A stretch of 64,000 nucleotides of DNA from Octopus vulgaris (taxonomy: Eukaryota): NCBI GenBank assembly GCA_951406725.2, contig OX597816.1, forward strand, positions 82,026,001-82,090,000. Direction: 5' to 3'. Within the stretch, counting starts at the first letter, position 1. Each line of letters opens with the position of its first letter. A program made the position numbers and the translations under genes. Below, in pieces: positions 1 to 14,214 of the stretch. The notes beneath the pieces were generated by a model that was not told the origin of the DNA, did not search any database, and saw nothing but the letters and a program-made list of their open reading frames with translations.

Positions 1-22
1 AATCTCTTTATCTTCATTTTAG

Positions 23-1575
23 AATATCACCTGGTGACATGGTTACCGACGGAGATTTCAACAAAACAAAATCATGTGACTGAAACTTTATTCCCAACTA
101 CTTTTGAAGGAAATATAACTTCTTCGGGTAGTGCAATTCCGTCAACTGATGGACTTTCTACAAGCAGTTACAGCGAGGAAGAATTATTCAATGCAAGCAC
201 TCCGAGAGTGGAACTCAGTTCTGTACAGACTGTGGCATTAAACAGCAGTGATGTAACGACGCCGCCAGTGCAAATTAATGAGTCACTTCCCGAGAGTATA
301 TTACTGCAATATAACACGACTATCACCGAATCTTCATTATATGTAGACACGACCATTCAAAGTTATTTGATGACTACACTTGAACCAACCTATTACACTT
401 CTATTCTCACTCCTTTTTCTTCTTTATTCCTTTCACAAACGACTTCTTCCTTTCCTCTCTCTCCACCCTCTTCTTTGTCCTTGTCCTTCGCCTCCTCCAT
501 CTTATCTTTATCATTTCTATCATCCCCATCATTATCATTATCATCATCATCACCACCATCATCATCATTGATTTTAACTCCCCAATCAACATTACTGCTT
601 TCGGAGGACCAAAAGCAAACGTTGGACGTTTCTTTAGAATCCAGTTTATACCTTCATACAGTGACAAATGTTTCTAATCAGTTGAATTTACCATCGGTAT
701 CCACCATTAATCGTTCCTCGCTGTTTTCTACTGTCCATCCGGTTTCCTTAACTAACATGTTAACTACTCAGCCTACCAGTGTTTATTTCAATAGCTCTAA
801 AGTAGATCAAGATATATCAACATCACAAACAGCCCATCCGATAACTTACACTACAGAAAATTATTCTGATACGAAAACTGCATTTTCGTATCTCGAAACA
901 TTAGTAACAGAAATCATTAAATCATTAGAAATTACGTCTAGCATAACTTCTTTAAATAATGATTTCAGTGAATCTTCTTTCCAGCCAGCACTTGAATCGT
1001 CATATTTTACACAAGAATGGAGCTCTGCCAATCTAAATCCTTCTTTAAACCAGTTATCCGTGGCAACAATCTCCACAAGTAATAGCTTTACAACGTTACC
1101 TACAAATCAAATGAGTGAATCTTTATCCATAAATTCAGCAGAGACTGGTCTTTCCACATCAGATGATTACACAATAAGTTCAAGCCAATTAATCGCGGAT
1201 TCCAGCGAAAGTTTTACTGATTCTGGGAGTATTTTGATGTCGTATTTTGAAAATGAATTTGCAACCAGCCTGCTTACAGTTATCCCCAGTATCACCAATT
1301 CTAAATCGGGCCAGCTATTGACGCAGTTTACATCTGAAGACCAAGTAATACTTACTCCCAGTAACACAATTGATTGGACTTCATACACATCTGGGAAATT
1401 GATTTCAAGTAATCCAAGCAGTCAGTTTATTAGTAGCTTGTCCAGTAATATAATAAACTTCTCTCAAGAATTTAATGCATCCTTGAAACTGACATCCGGA
1501 ATTGTCTGGCAACCGGAATTACTCGATAAGACAACATCCCAGTATAAAGATGCTGAGTTACGAGTATGGGAATTT
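23..1575 (+). CDS. Exon 1 in window: Ser/Thr-rich mucin-like tract plus N-terminal part of SEA domain
   Basis: Acceptor tcttcattttag ends at 22; open S/T-rich frame (ORF 34..1629); ends FNASLKLTSGIVWQPELLDKTTSQYKDAELRVWEF then donor gtaagt at 1576 (phase 0). Confidence 0.9.
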
Positions 1576-3008
1576 GTAAGTATGCAATATTTTGCTTCAA
1601 ATATCTTTATAAAGATTTTGGGTCAATAAAATAATCTCTAATAACAATGAATTTGCTCAATCAACTATACCTCATTACTTACAAAACTTTGCCCTGGAGT
1701 AATTTGTAAAAATGTCAATATATAGTTCATTAGTAGAGAAAAGAGTCATTTGGAACTGGTTCATCAAGTTCCATAATTGCTATAGAATATCCCCTATATA
1801 TCAATAAGAATGTTCCATCAGAGCTGAATCATAAACTTCGATTGTTCTGAAATGTCGGTATTTTTGCCAATGTGTTAGTGGTTGAATCAAATCATCATAA
1901 AAATGGCAGTTCATTAGTTAATCTTTTCACAGAACACAAGATTCCAAAGACTTCTGTTAATTTTTTTTTAAAAAGCATTTAGCAAACCAGAGACAAACGC
2001 TTCCTTTGATTATGGCATTAATTTATAGAAGGCTACTTTTCAAAGCCTTGTACCTAATTTAAAGCCAAATAAGCCGAGTTGATATATAATTAAATATGTT
2101 GTCCACACGCAAATAGAAATGCTTGTCCAAGGAACTTGACAAAAGAACTTTAAACTGTATATCGACCTGACTGATTTTGTCAAGTGAGAGATAAAACATT
2201 AAAGTAAAATCATTGCAGTAGTTAGTCTTGACTTAACGTTTTGAGTTCATATCATTCGAAGTCAACTTTGAGTAACACTTCAATGGTCAATAAAATAAAT
2301 ATTAGAGACAACTGGAATCAATTCCATAACTGTTTCTTCGCGCAAATTGGGTTTGTGTCTGGTCAAAGGAAATATTATGATTAACATTTTTGAATAATTG
2401 AAAATGGGTTTGACTCACATATAATTCAAGAGAATCACATATAGCTCACTGACTCAGGTAATAACGTTTATTCATCTTAGTGAAACCTGTCTTTTGAGCC
2501 TTTTTTTTTTCATGAAAGGATAGATTCTTTTACTTTTATTTTTCGATAAACTTGGCAATGAATCTGTTAATTCCTATCTCTCGTTATTTTAAAATTAGAC
2601 ACAGCACTTTTAGAACGAAAAGAAATTGTTTTCCCACTGAAATATAAAGGAAACATAGTTACACATAGATATCAATCATTTTCAACAAAACAACGATTAA
2701 TCTATTTAGGGGTTATTTATTAGATTAACTGTTGGATCACCTGTGGCGATAAACTGTTATTTATAAACGTGGACATAATTTACCCACCAGTTGTTGATTA
2801 TTGTTTATGCAATGCATATCGTTTGAGCTTGGTGCATGACCGACTTAATTGAAGGTATAACTTAATAAAGAAATTACCTTCTTGACAGGATCATTCAATA
2901 TAACTCTCTATAATTTAGCAGCCAGTTCCACTTGGCGGCTATATTAGCGACATTATTCTACTCTCGTATCTATATAATTAAAGGAAATGAAGATGGGTTT
3001 GTGTGGAT

Positions 3009-3097
3009 GTGTCTATGTGTGCATGCACAAACGATGAAGAAGAGAGAAAGAGTGAGATAGTCCTTTGTTTCCTTCAATTATGTGCGTGTGGGGGATG

Positions 3098-3153
<56 letters not shown>

Positions 3154-3241
3154 CATCCCCCACACGCACGCACATAATTGAAGGAAACAAAGGACTATCT
3201 CACTCTTTCTCTCTTCCTCATCGTTTGTGCATGCACATATA

Positions 3242-3246
<5 letters not shown>
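3009..3246. repeat. Inverted duplication (about 90-bp arms) centred on a (TA)n tract
   Basis: 3009-3101 is the near-identical reverse complement of 3150-3246. Confidence 0.9.
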
Positions 3247-3324
<78 letters not shown>

Positions 3325-3377
3325 CATACATATATATATATTTATATATACATATATATATATGTATGTATATATAT

Positions 3378-3410
<33 letters not shown>

Positions 3411-3567
3411 CCGCTTCTTGGGGAATGATCTCCCTTTGCAAGATAGAGGACGCCGTGATGGCGTCGGCCTATCTGGTGACGTTGATGTTCGCCTGGGGCT
3501 AAATGCAACAGTGACACCCCCACCACCCTGCCCTGTCCCTAGCCATATTCAGTTGGCTAATATCCCT

Positions 3568-3573
<6 letters not shown>
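3411..3573 (+). mobile_element. Truncated copy of the hammerhead-carrying module at 29702-30167, inside (TA)n
   Basis: Shares gatctccctttgc...ctggtgacgt.gatgttcgcctggggctaaatgca...cccccaccaccc and the same right terminus next to (TA)n. Confidence 0.8.
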
Positions 3574-3658
<85 letters not shown>

Positions 3659-4352
3659 CACATATATATCCTATATTTAGCAAATATGGATTTTGTCAAG
3701 TTACAGTTTACTGATCCGTTGAGTGTTTTATAAGTAAGCTAACTAGTTTACTCGCTGTCATGAATGTCAGTTATCTCAACAGGAATAATAATTATATTAT
3801 ACTAATTATCGATTAATCCAGGATCCAGACAACCGTGAAGTCGCAGCTGACCTAGTCATTCAAGTGTTAATTGAATGGCTGTATTCTGTTACATCCACTT
3901 GACTCGGCGTTCATGCTCGATGCACAACAATTTTTAACGATGTTTGCAAGCCTCTCGGTCTGGGAAAACTGAAGCAGTTGATACCAAGCACGAGCATCAA
4001 CAAATAAACAAATAAATAAATAAATAAATAAATAAATAAAAGCGGGCCGAAAGGTAATCAGAATTGTGGTCTGGAATCCTGCAACAGAGTAAACTCTGCT
4101 AAAAGCACCCAAGAACTATCTGGTGGTATTAAACTAGGTGACATTTTATCGTGATGCCAGCAGTATGGAAGGGAATTTAAACGGATACACATGTATACTG
4201 GAATGAGGCTGAGTTTGTTGGTTTGGTAGATTGAGCAAAAAGAAATTTTGTCCAAATATTGTTTCTAGATGGCTTAATACATTCATACCGTAATAATCTT
4301 GAAGTCATTGAAATACATATACTACATTTTTATTCCCGTTTTACCTCATGGA

Positions 4353-4502
4353 TCCCAGTACTCAAGTGGTATTTATTTTATCGTTCCCGAGAGCATGAAA
4401 GGTAAAGTCGACCTCGGCGGAATTTGAACTCAGAACACAAAGACGGAAGAAATGCCGCTAAGCATTTACCCGGCGTGCTAACGATTCTGCCAGCTCGCCG
4501 CC
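4353..4502 (-). mobile_element. tRNA-derived SINE, family A
   Basis: Reverse complement of ggcggcgagctggcagaatcgttagc...gagttcaaattccgccgaggtcgact (B-box-like GTTCAAATT); also at 35990, 36346, 51842. Confidence 0.85.
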
Positions 4503-4570
4503 TTAAGGAAGTCTAATATTATCGAGACATGCCCGAAGTTGTCCTTGGTGTTCACCATGGCATTATTTAT

Positions 4571-4710
<140 letters not shown>

Positions 4711-5245
4711 TTATTCTCATTACATTAAATATGATGGCTGTAACATGAATGTGGTATATAGCCTTATTCCAGAACTGGTATGGTGATGGTAAGACAGGCG
4801 GTCATTAACAACATTCCTTCACCTTTTACTTTTCTTTCTTAAATTCTATTTCTGATTTGTTGCTGGTTTTCTCCTCCTTGAGAAAATTTTGTTCATAGCT
4901 CATTTTGGTTCCTTTTTTTAAATATTATTATTGTTTATAGTTTCTTGAAAGCCACAAAAATTGTCTTACATTTTTTTTTTACTTTCGTCCTATGAAAACC
5001 ATATTTTGATCTGTTTGTACATACGTGCCTACGTGTGTGCATAAAATATATATGTGTATGTGTGGGTGGACCAGCAACTTGAGATGTGATCATGTCCTTT
5101 CTGCTCCAAGCGCCAAATATTTTAGGAGAGTGATGTGTAACTTCATTTGTTTGAACGAATATGTAGTGTGTACTTGGTTTATCTTCAGTGGGCTTTATAT
5201 AAAATACATGCACACATACATATATATGCATTTTTTTTCTTGTAG

Positions 5246-5313
5246 ATAAATGCTGTTTTTGATGGGAGCAAATTGGCGGGCACCATAAAACGAATACGAA
5301 TACATGGCTTCCG
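5246..5313 (+). CDS. Exon 2: middle of SEA domain (INAVFDGSKLAGTIKRIRIHGFR)
   Basis: Acceptor ttttttttcttgtag, donor gtagtt at 5314; phase 0 in, phase 2 out, joins exon 3 to give GFR-EGSVVV; absent from the ORF track. Confidence 0.85.
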
Positions 5314-5745
5314 GTAGTTTATACATTATTTCTACATCTAAAATAACCAAAGTTGTTATGGTCAAACACTATTCACATTTTCACCCAATGTCTTAATTGT
5401 TTATGTGTATGAATAAAATCAAAATGTAATCACACTTTCGACTTTGCAAAACAAATAAATGAATAAATAACAACAATATTAACTTGAAACTCGTTTCAAG
5501 AGTGCCAGCATCATCTCTATTTTACGGGAATGCTTATAACTAGATTTAATTTTTAACTACTGCAGTCTATCTTCTATCTTCGTACCTGTCTTCTTACAGC
5601 TGTTTTTATGTCGAATTCTAAATAATCTGACCACAGCGCCTCTTTCGGCCATGTGAGTTATTTACTATAACAACGATGAAAAGCCACAACAAACCTGCTA
5701 ATTAATTTCCTGAGTCAACGAAGAGTTGATTTCTTCCTCTCCTTA

Positions 5746-6960
5746 TATTGAGTTGTCAGATAAACTCGTTTCATTTTATTTTTTCATTTACTTTATTCCT
5801 TACTTTTCACGAGCAAGTTTAGCAAATCAATTAATAATAAATTCTCCTTCAATATTTACAACTTCTTGTCAACGTTTTCAATGTCTTGACGGTAGAAATC
5901 ACTGAGTCTTGACCCGAAGTCATTAAGCACGTTTTCAGCTCCTTATCATTGCTGTACGAAACTCTTCGCAGATTGTGGGAGAGCGACAGAAAAGGTTGAT
6001 ATCTAGAAGGTGCTATATCAGGGGATACGGTAGGTACAACTGAGCTCTTGAATAGTATTTTTGGACAAATTAACCACATTGGTGCGAGCGTTGTCGTGTT
6101 GAAGAAATACGCCGTGTTCCCGATCGGGTTGTTTTAGCTGGATTGCCTTTTTGAGCTGTGCATATTTACTGAACGTAAACTCTGCATTGACCGTGTATTT
6201 GTTTTCAAGCATTTCATAGTGGATAAGCCCTTCGCAATCCGACCAAACACATCATTGTTTTGCATGAATGCAGCTTTGGTTTGGCTCGAGGTGTTGCTAG
6301 CTTGTCCGGGACTCAGCCATTCTTTCCTCTACTTCATATTGACGTAAAGTCACTATTTTTCATCGCCTGTGATGATGTGGCAAGGAAATCTCTGTGTTCA
6401 CGATTATCTTGGTATTGAGCGAGTAAACGGTTCGGAGCGTTTAGCACCCATGCGCCGAGCTTTTGGATCTTACCCAACGAGGAAAGTTAACGGGTGACGG
6501 TATCATGAGAGCATCCCATCTGCTGGGCCAATTCCTAAGTGGACTGGCGTGGACCCTTGTTAATGAGCTCGTTCAATCTATCCCGATTAAACTGAACAGG
6601 TCAGCCAGAACGCGGAAAGTCTGTGAGATCAAATTTCCTCTCCGTGAAAAGTGAAAACTATTTCTGTACAGTTCTTTCAGTAATAGTACCTTCTCCATAA
6701 ACAGTACAAATGTCTAGAGCAGCTGTGGTAGCACTGGAACCTTGATTAAAAGCGAAGAGAAGCAAGCGTCGAAAATGCTCATTTTTTTCTACTTGGCGCT
6801 CCGTCGTCATGTCAGAAAAGAGGTAAAACTTATTCAAATTTCAAAAATGATAAACTAAAGTTGTAGGGAAGAATAATGTTAAAACCATGAAAAACAACAA
6901 TAAAAATATTTTCTGTGTATATTCAAATAACACTGGAAAGAAACGAATGACGACTCAATA
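5746..6960 (-). mobile_element. Decayed mariner DNA transposon
   Basis: Minus-strand GVFLQHDNART and SPDIAPSRY (mariner HDNA and YSPDLAPSDY motifs); degenerate TIRs tattgagttgtca / tgacgactcaata. Confidence 0.8.
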
Positions 6961-7964
6961 TGTCAAGCTACCTGTTTGTTTGTGCAGGAAGGATTTAGTT
7001 TTTCATTAAGACCATAACATAGCAACAGTACCTAGATATGACATACCTATTTTTTCAGGGTGGCTATTTTGATTTATATTTTGGTAGTTAACAAAATGAC
7101 TACCCTCTCGAGGTAGACTAAAAAAAACAAAAAACAAAAACATAGATGATATCATCCTGCTTCTCCATCTTCTCTTAATCTTCCTTTTCTCTTTTTTCTC
7201 TTTATCCTCCTTTTCTCCTTTTCCTTTTCTAGCCCAAAACTGAATCACTTCTGTATGTTATGGCGAACAAAATGCAAAAAATGCAAGGTACAATTGATCT
7301 AGGCCTGTAGCAATAAGTTACTCGATTATTTATCGTCAACAGCAAAAGGTCACCGTGCATACATCACTTACTTCAGATTTACAAACTGCGTTAGTAGATT
7401 CTGAATACACGCCATTGTTTTATCCCCCGTATTCCCTTTCTAAATCTACGGACTCTTCCCTAGTCATAAAAATCCTATCAAGACGACTCTGCTATTTCTT
7501 GCTAAACAACTTCGTCTAACATGTTCACTTGTCATAAACTTATTTTATAGAAGAGAGTGGTCCTACCTTAGAGCTGAGTCCTCGGAATAATTTCGATTCA
7601 CGGTTGAAGTAAGCTCTCTACATCCGCATTCTTTACTCTCCTCCTGCTCTGGTTTTTAAAAGCATTGCCTTATGCCTAAAAAAGCTAATAATTATTATAA
7701 TTATTAACCCTAAAAACAAGAATGTGTAGAGGAAAATAAACATTTCAGTAAGCGGAATCTGAAACAAAGTTTTGAATTCCTATTAAAATATTTATCATTT
7801 CACTTATTTTGCTAACATTTTCTTGATAAAAATAAAATATAAACATCACAAATCCTATTCTTCTTCCCCATCTCTCTCTCTCCTCCCCCTCTCTCCTCCC
7901 CCTCTCTCCTCCACCTCTCTAATAATATAACTCATTAATCATGGATTATTTTTGTGGGTTGCAG

Positions 7965-8110
7965 TGAAGGAAGTGTTGTTGTTGACTTCGAAGTTTTGGT
8001 CAATGGAAGCAGTACTAATGAGCAATCTATTAAAGAGGAGTTCGTAACATCTTATAACAATTTGAATAACCCAGAGTTTGGTATCGATAGCCAACAAATT
8101 AATTTTACTG
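7965..8110 (+). CDS. Exon 3: C-terminal SEA domain with GSVVV motif
   Basis: ttgcag acceptor, EGSVVVDFEVLVNGSSTNEQSIKEEF...GIDSQQINFT, donor gtgagt at 8111 (phase 1). Confidence 0.9.
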
Positions 8111-9003
8111 GTGAGTTTTCCGTCGTTTTATTTATTCGGAATCTTCCTTGGTAAAATCATGGGGTGACTTATCACCGATAAAAAATATCGTAAATGACAC
8201 TTTGTTGCAAAATTCTCGATGTGTGTTCTATAAAGTTTAAAATCGTTTCCATCTTGTGTTTGTGATTCAGTATAGGATTATGGTTTTCGACGATGAGCAT
8301 CCTGCCTGCATTCTGCAGACACTAGTACCCTTTAATGCAATTGCTAGGCTGAATCAGTGAGGAAATGTGAGACAAGGCTAAACCATTAAATTGCAAATAC
8401 AGTCCATCCGAGGTAATTTCGCGCGGCTTCCATCTACCCAATTTCATGTAGATGACTTGGGTTGACTCGAGGATATGGTAGGAACATTTACACAAGATGC
8501 TGCGAAGTGAATTCGAACTATGGATCTTATTGCGAAATGAACTTCTTATTCACTCAACCATGCATGCTTCCAGGTGAGATATGATAAGTAAAAGAATGAC
8601 ATGGAGCGCCTTATTACTCTGACGTACGATACAACACGATTTAGGTACGAAAAATCTTGGAAAACTTCGGTGGAGTATTTTACAATTAGTTAAGGTCACT
8701 ATATGTTTCACCATATTTCAGAAATTAAAGAGATTTCAAAACCTTTGCACAATTTCACAAATGGAAACTGAAATAAAGTAGCTAGTATGTTTCTTTAGTA
8801 ACGAATATTTCTTTAAATTAGATTTCAAACTAAATTGGGAAAGGAATTACTATTGTTAATATTACTATTCATTGCATTGTTACATTTTATGATGCCACGC
8901 ATTCATTTAATCTAAACAGAGTGATAATTTCCTCTAACTGATGAGGAGTCATTGACTGTTTTGTCAGTAGACTGCTATTCAATCGATTCAATTCCCTATA
9001 TTA

Positions 9004-9114
<111 letters not shown>

Positions 9115-9555
9115 TGACTAATCTGTTTTGTTTTTTTCTCAATGAAAAATCTTATGGTTCATTATAAAATTAAATGTTAAACATTTTCTCAGGTCCAAAA
9201 AGTTCCTTGGGCTTGTGTTTGGGCTTGTGTTTATTTCCCTTCTTTTGAAGCATTAAATAAAGGAAAAACTGATTTCCTACTGTATAGGTCTGTCGCAAGT
9301 AATTTATCCAAACAATTTACTCATTGATTTTACATCGTAGCTGCTGATTACAGCGTTGAAAAATAGCATTTTGTGGTACCTGTATACCGCCATACTGGTC
9401 GTGTATAGACCTAGCCAAGGATGTTTAGATATTTGAGAAAAGAACATGAAATAGTACGAAGCGCTAAACTATAAGCTGGTTGTTCTGAAGCTTACTGACT
9501 CGGCCACCTGCAGCTATCACTATGTTTTATTTTCATCTTTATTTATACTTTTCAG

Positions 9556-10128
9556 ATTCAATGTCATTGCTTGCTACACACTTGACTTCAAACTTTTATG
9601 ATTCGTCGGACATTTCAACAGCTAATTCATTACAACACCAAACTGCTGTTACGCAGGAAATCGAAACTTCTACATTTTCTCCTCAAGTGAGTTTCACAGG
9701 AGATAAAATTTCATCGTTTATCAGTGAAACGTTAATGCTTACAACAGAGCAACTGAGTGTCACATTGCCTTCTTTGTCTGTCAATCCTCCTCAAGACACG
9801 CCATCTTTCTTTATCAGTCCATCTCAAGTTACACCACCTTTATCTCTTACTCATTCTCAAGCTATTTCTAATACAATTCATTCACAATATACGACTCCAG
9901 ATGCTACTAGTTTTTGGTTTGAAACTACTAATGAACCAATAACTTCAGTCATAAAAGCGAGCAGTTTATCGGAAGTTTTCCAGTCAAGTTCAAGATCCCA
10001 TTATGAGTCATTGAGCATTGCAAGCAATTTGGAAGGCATAACTTCAAGTGTTATCGAATCCCAAGAGAGCTCTATTGACTACAAAAGTAACTCGAACATT
10101 AGTCCAGCTTCTCAAGAGACGGCAGCAG
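9556..10128 (+). CDS. Exon 4: Ser/Thr/Pro-rich mucin-like tract
   Basis: ttttcag acceptor, 573 nt open frame (phase 1-1), donor cag|gtaata. Confidence 0.85.
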
Positions 10129-10479
10129 GTAATAAACTGTTTATAACTACTAGAACGCTAATATAGTAAGTTGTTACATGTCTGTATCCTTGTTCAATTA
10201 AAATGAAATATAAAATTACATGACTAAATCCATATCCATGATGTTTTTGTTTAGAGTTAGACAAGTCCCCGTTCAGCAGATTTATGATAAAAGACACTCC
10301 AACTACGCCATTACATCTTATTACGGCTATATAGCAGGTGGTGCAGTCACGTAGTAGTGATGAAGTGAAAATACTATACTTATATATCTATCTCTCGATA
10401 GTCAGCTATACGCATATGCATGAATACATGCATACATATCTCTCTCGATAGTCAACATACACATATGCATGAATACATA

Positions 10480-10557
<78 letters not shown>

Positions 10558-10562
10558 TATAT

Positions 10563-12327
10563 TAAATTAGAGATAAAACCAATATTGGGCAAATCAAACA
10601 GTGAAAATCATAAGCCAATACATAGAAATAAAATTAATTAAAAAATATATAAAAAATATATAAAAAATATAAAATATAAAAATCCAATTAAAATATTTAA
10701 ATTAAAGTTAATATTAAAAAAATTTATTTAAATTAATAAATTAAACTTATGAATTATAAATATATATATATTTTTTATTATTATTTTATTTAATTATTTA
10801 TTGTTTTTATTTATATTTTTTTAATATTTAATTTTTAATTTTTAATTTTTTTAATTTTTTAAAAAATAATTTTATATTTATTTATTTATTTATTTTTATA
10901 AACTATCAAAAAGTATTAAAAGTTTAATAAGATAAAGAGTAAAAACACTACGATCGTTTCATGCCCGTAACCAATTCGAATAACAATAATTTAAATTCAA
11001 TTAATAATTCGAGTTATGGTTACAGTCAATCTTCAGGTTAATTGTAATATTTTAATAAATAATCAAAAATATTTAAACAATATTTTTAAAGAAATAAATA
11101 ATATAATAAAGTTTCTTATAAAAAACTCTATTATCAAACTAGAAACTTAACGATTATGATTATATCAAAACAACGATTATAATGTTAAATATTAATTTTA
11201 ATTTTTAAGTATTAATTTTTAAGGTAAGAAACCCACCAATAATCTAATATCAGTAATAGTCAATATCTAATTACATAAATATTTTACAAAAAAAAATTAT
11301 TATTCATATTATTAAAATATAAAATATCAAATAAAATATATAAATGTATATAAATATATAATTAAGATCTAAATAATCTCTATAAATAAATATATATGCA
11401 CATATAATAAAGACCTAATAAATTAATTTTTCATATTTAAAGATGAAATAGCTAATTTCAAAAATACAAACTAACCATCTTAAACGAACGCTATAGTAAA
11501 TTAACTATCTTTATGTCTTTGGCTAAATAATAATTTACAAAAATCTTATCTTTAAAGTACTTAAAGAAATAATCAATTCGTAGTTATATAGTAACAAATA
11601 AATACTATAAATATATTTATCAATGGGAATAATGTAACTAGCAAATAACAATTTAAAAAGACAATATATAAGTTAAAATAATAATTATAAGAAATTTAAA
11701 ACTACAATTAATGCTATTAATACATGTATATACATGAATCTAACTTATACAAACTCATATACTTGCTATCAAACAACATATCTATCGCTAAGTAAATTCT
11801 TACGAATAAACTTAAAGTTAATATCTAATAATTATATAGAAAATTACGATAATTGGATATACAACGATATATACATAAAAAAACAATAATATTATACCAT
11901 AAGACTTATAAATATTAAAATTTAGAGATCTTAAATATAAATTTATACTTATCTTAGCGAAGTTTTGTAATGAACTAAAATTTTGAATCGGAAAACGTCT
12001 TTACAGCGTTTATAAGAATACTCGTGGAATTACGTTATTAGCAAAAAAAGAATAAATTACAAATTGAGATAGGGGTTGTGAGTGCAACCCACCATGGGAT
12101 AACATATATCCAATATACTGCCAGTAAAGCACCCAACAAAGTTAATACATAAATGTTAAGAATTGCGATGCAATTAATTCATTTATTGCATTATATGAGC
12201 GAAGGTAAAATGTTTTACCACAAATTTACAATACAAAATAAGAAAATGGAGGATTAATAAATTATGTGAATGGGTATTATCTACTAGTTGATTATTGATT
12301 AAGGTGTATTTCTCCATTTTCTTATTT

Positions 12328-12330
<3 letters not shown>
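10563..12330 (-). mobile_element. Very AT-rich non-coding PLE-LTR-like element bounded by (TA)n
   Basis: Terminal aaattagagataaaacc..aggcaaatcaaacagtgaaaa recurs near 46400 and 54920; contains a hammerhead motif. Confidence 0.55.
10947..11038 (-). ncRNA. Hammerhead ribozyme motif (minimal type I, long stem II)
   Basis: RC: ac CTGAAGA t tgactgtaacca...tggttacgggca t GAAA CGATCG TA gt; palindromic stem III; stem I only about 2 bp. Confidence 0.65.
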
Positions 12331-12379
<49 letters not shown>

Positions 12380-12395
12380 TGTGTGTAGATATATG

Positions 12396-12457
<62 letters not shown>

Positions 12458-12710
12458 CTATCTATCTATCTATCTATCTATACTACATATACATACATAT
12501 ACATACATACATACATACATACATACATACATACATAATACATTCCTACATACATACATGCATGTATGCATGCACGCACGCACACACATATGCATTAAAA
12601 AATAGAGATATATATAACAATTACCAATTCAAAAATTAAAATTAAAAGTTTATTAGCATAATACTATATTATATTTTATAATAATATAATAAATACTAAA
12701 TATTAAATAT

Positions 12711-12797
12711 AAATTACATACAATTGTTTCGCTTCTTACCCATAATATAATTATAAAAATCCATTGTTTGTGGTCAAGAATCTCATCAGTGTAATTT
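12711..12797 (-). ncRNA. Hammerhead ribozyme motif, intact core
   Basis: RC: aaattaca CTGATGA gattcttgacca...tgggtaagaagc GAAA CAATTG TA tgtaattt; 8-bp stem I, paired stem II, GUA triplet. Confidence 0.85.
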
Positions 12798-13353
12798 TTT
12801 ATACATGAGGATTCACAGATATATTTAAGGTCCCAGCGGTGAAAAAAATTATAAGAAAGTAAATACATTACTGTCTCTTTGTCAAAAAACAGGTAGTCTT
12901 CCACGTACTAAAGAGACTACCAAGAAGATAGATATAGCATCCGTATGAGTCATAGTGTTAAATAAACGAATTGCCGGATTTATTTTGATATTTCCTTTCA
13001 TAGGGGTTACACCCATATGCCTTTGAATAACACTGTTTGCAAAATATCAAAAAGGAGTGTAAGTGTACTATTGTTTGCATTGGTACGGATGGTCAGAGAT
13101 AACGAGAAGGATGTTAATATACAGAAGGAAGTGAAATACATTCGCAAACAATGAGGTACATTATATATAAACTAGTATAATCGTGTCGTTAAAATTGCCG
13201 ATAGAAAATGGCACGTCAAGACAGTAGGGGAAACCATTAATAAATGTTAGCAAACTAGTAAATATATGTACATATAAAGAATTGAAGCAGTTGAAGAATC
13301 AGATACGATTGTAACGTCTTGCTTGAAAATATCACCTACATAATATATGTGTA

Positions 13354-13394
<41 letters not shown>

Positions 13395-13453
13395 ACATTC
13401 GGACACAAGCACACATGTGTGCATATACATATATATGTACATATAAATACACG

Positions 13454-13534
<81 letters not shown>

Positions 13535-13741
13535 AAATAGAAAGATGAATTTTCTTGTTACAGATTATTCAAAAGTTTAACCGATACCTGGGTAGCAAAA
13601 ATCACAGCAGAAAAAAGCACGGTTGGAGATAAGACCATTTGGTGTTGCAACCGTGCGTTGGTGCGGATAATTGAAGTTTAATATTATTAGTGAATGGAAG
13701 AAATGGAGTTGAGAAGATTGTACAGAATTCCTTTTATTACA

Positions 13742-13821
13742 TTCTACACATGTTTCAAAGGCCACAAATTTCCAAATTCTGATTAAATAAGGGTACCATA
13801 TTGTGGCTTTCTCTTCAGGAA
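13742..13821 (-). ncRNA. Hammerhead motif, left arm of inverted repeat
   Basis: RC: ttc CTGAAGA gaaagccacaa...ttgtggccttt GAAA CATGTG TA gaa. Confidence 0.75.
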
Positions 13822-13868
13822 AAAACAGGAATTCCGTTGTTTTGTTCTGTCAACGGAATTCCTGTTTT

Positions 13869-13948
13869 TTCCTGAAGAGAAAGCCAGAATATGGTACCCT
13901 TATTTAATCAGAATTTGGAAATTTGTGGCCTTTGAAACATGTGTAGAA
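13869..13948 (+). ncRNA. Hammerhead motif, right arm of inverted repeat
   Basis: ttc CTGAAGA gaaagcca...tggccttt GAAA CATGTG TA gaa. Confidence 0.75.
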
Positions 13949-14003
13949 TGTAATAAAAGGAATTCTGTACAATCTTCGTTCAACTCCATTTCTTCCATTC
14001 ACT

Positions 14004-14068
<65 letters not shown>

Positions 14069-14214
14069 ATAAGCATACATATATACATACACACATATAT
14101 ACAAACATACATACATATCTACATAGAAACATATATACATATATATATACATGTGTGTGAGTGTGTGTGCGCGCGTGTGTGCATGTGTGTGCGTGTGTGT
14201 GCGCGTGTTAAATA

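Larger units (their letters stand above)
13681..14011. repeat. About 160-bp inverted repeat with 11-nt spacer, abutting (TA)n
   Basis: 13681-13839 versus 13851-14011, near-perfect reverse complements. Confidence 0.95.

Noticed and set aside
10600-12000. Extremely AT-rich stretch as a mitochondrial insertion
   Set aside because: No recognisable mitochondrial gene, tRNA or rRNA; its terminus is shared with other nuclear repeat copies
13160-13350. Inverted similarity to the sequence just upstream of EGF exon 7, suggesting an inverted exon duplicate
   Set aside because: Similarity ends before the exon and there is no EGF coding trace; it is just a dispersed repeat
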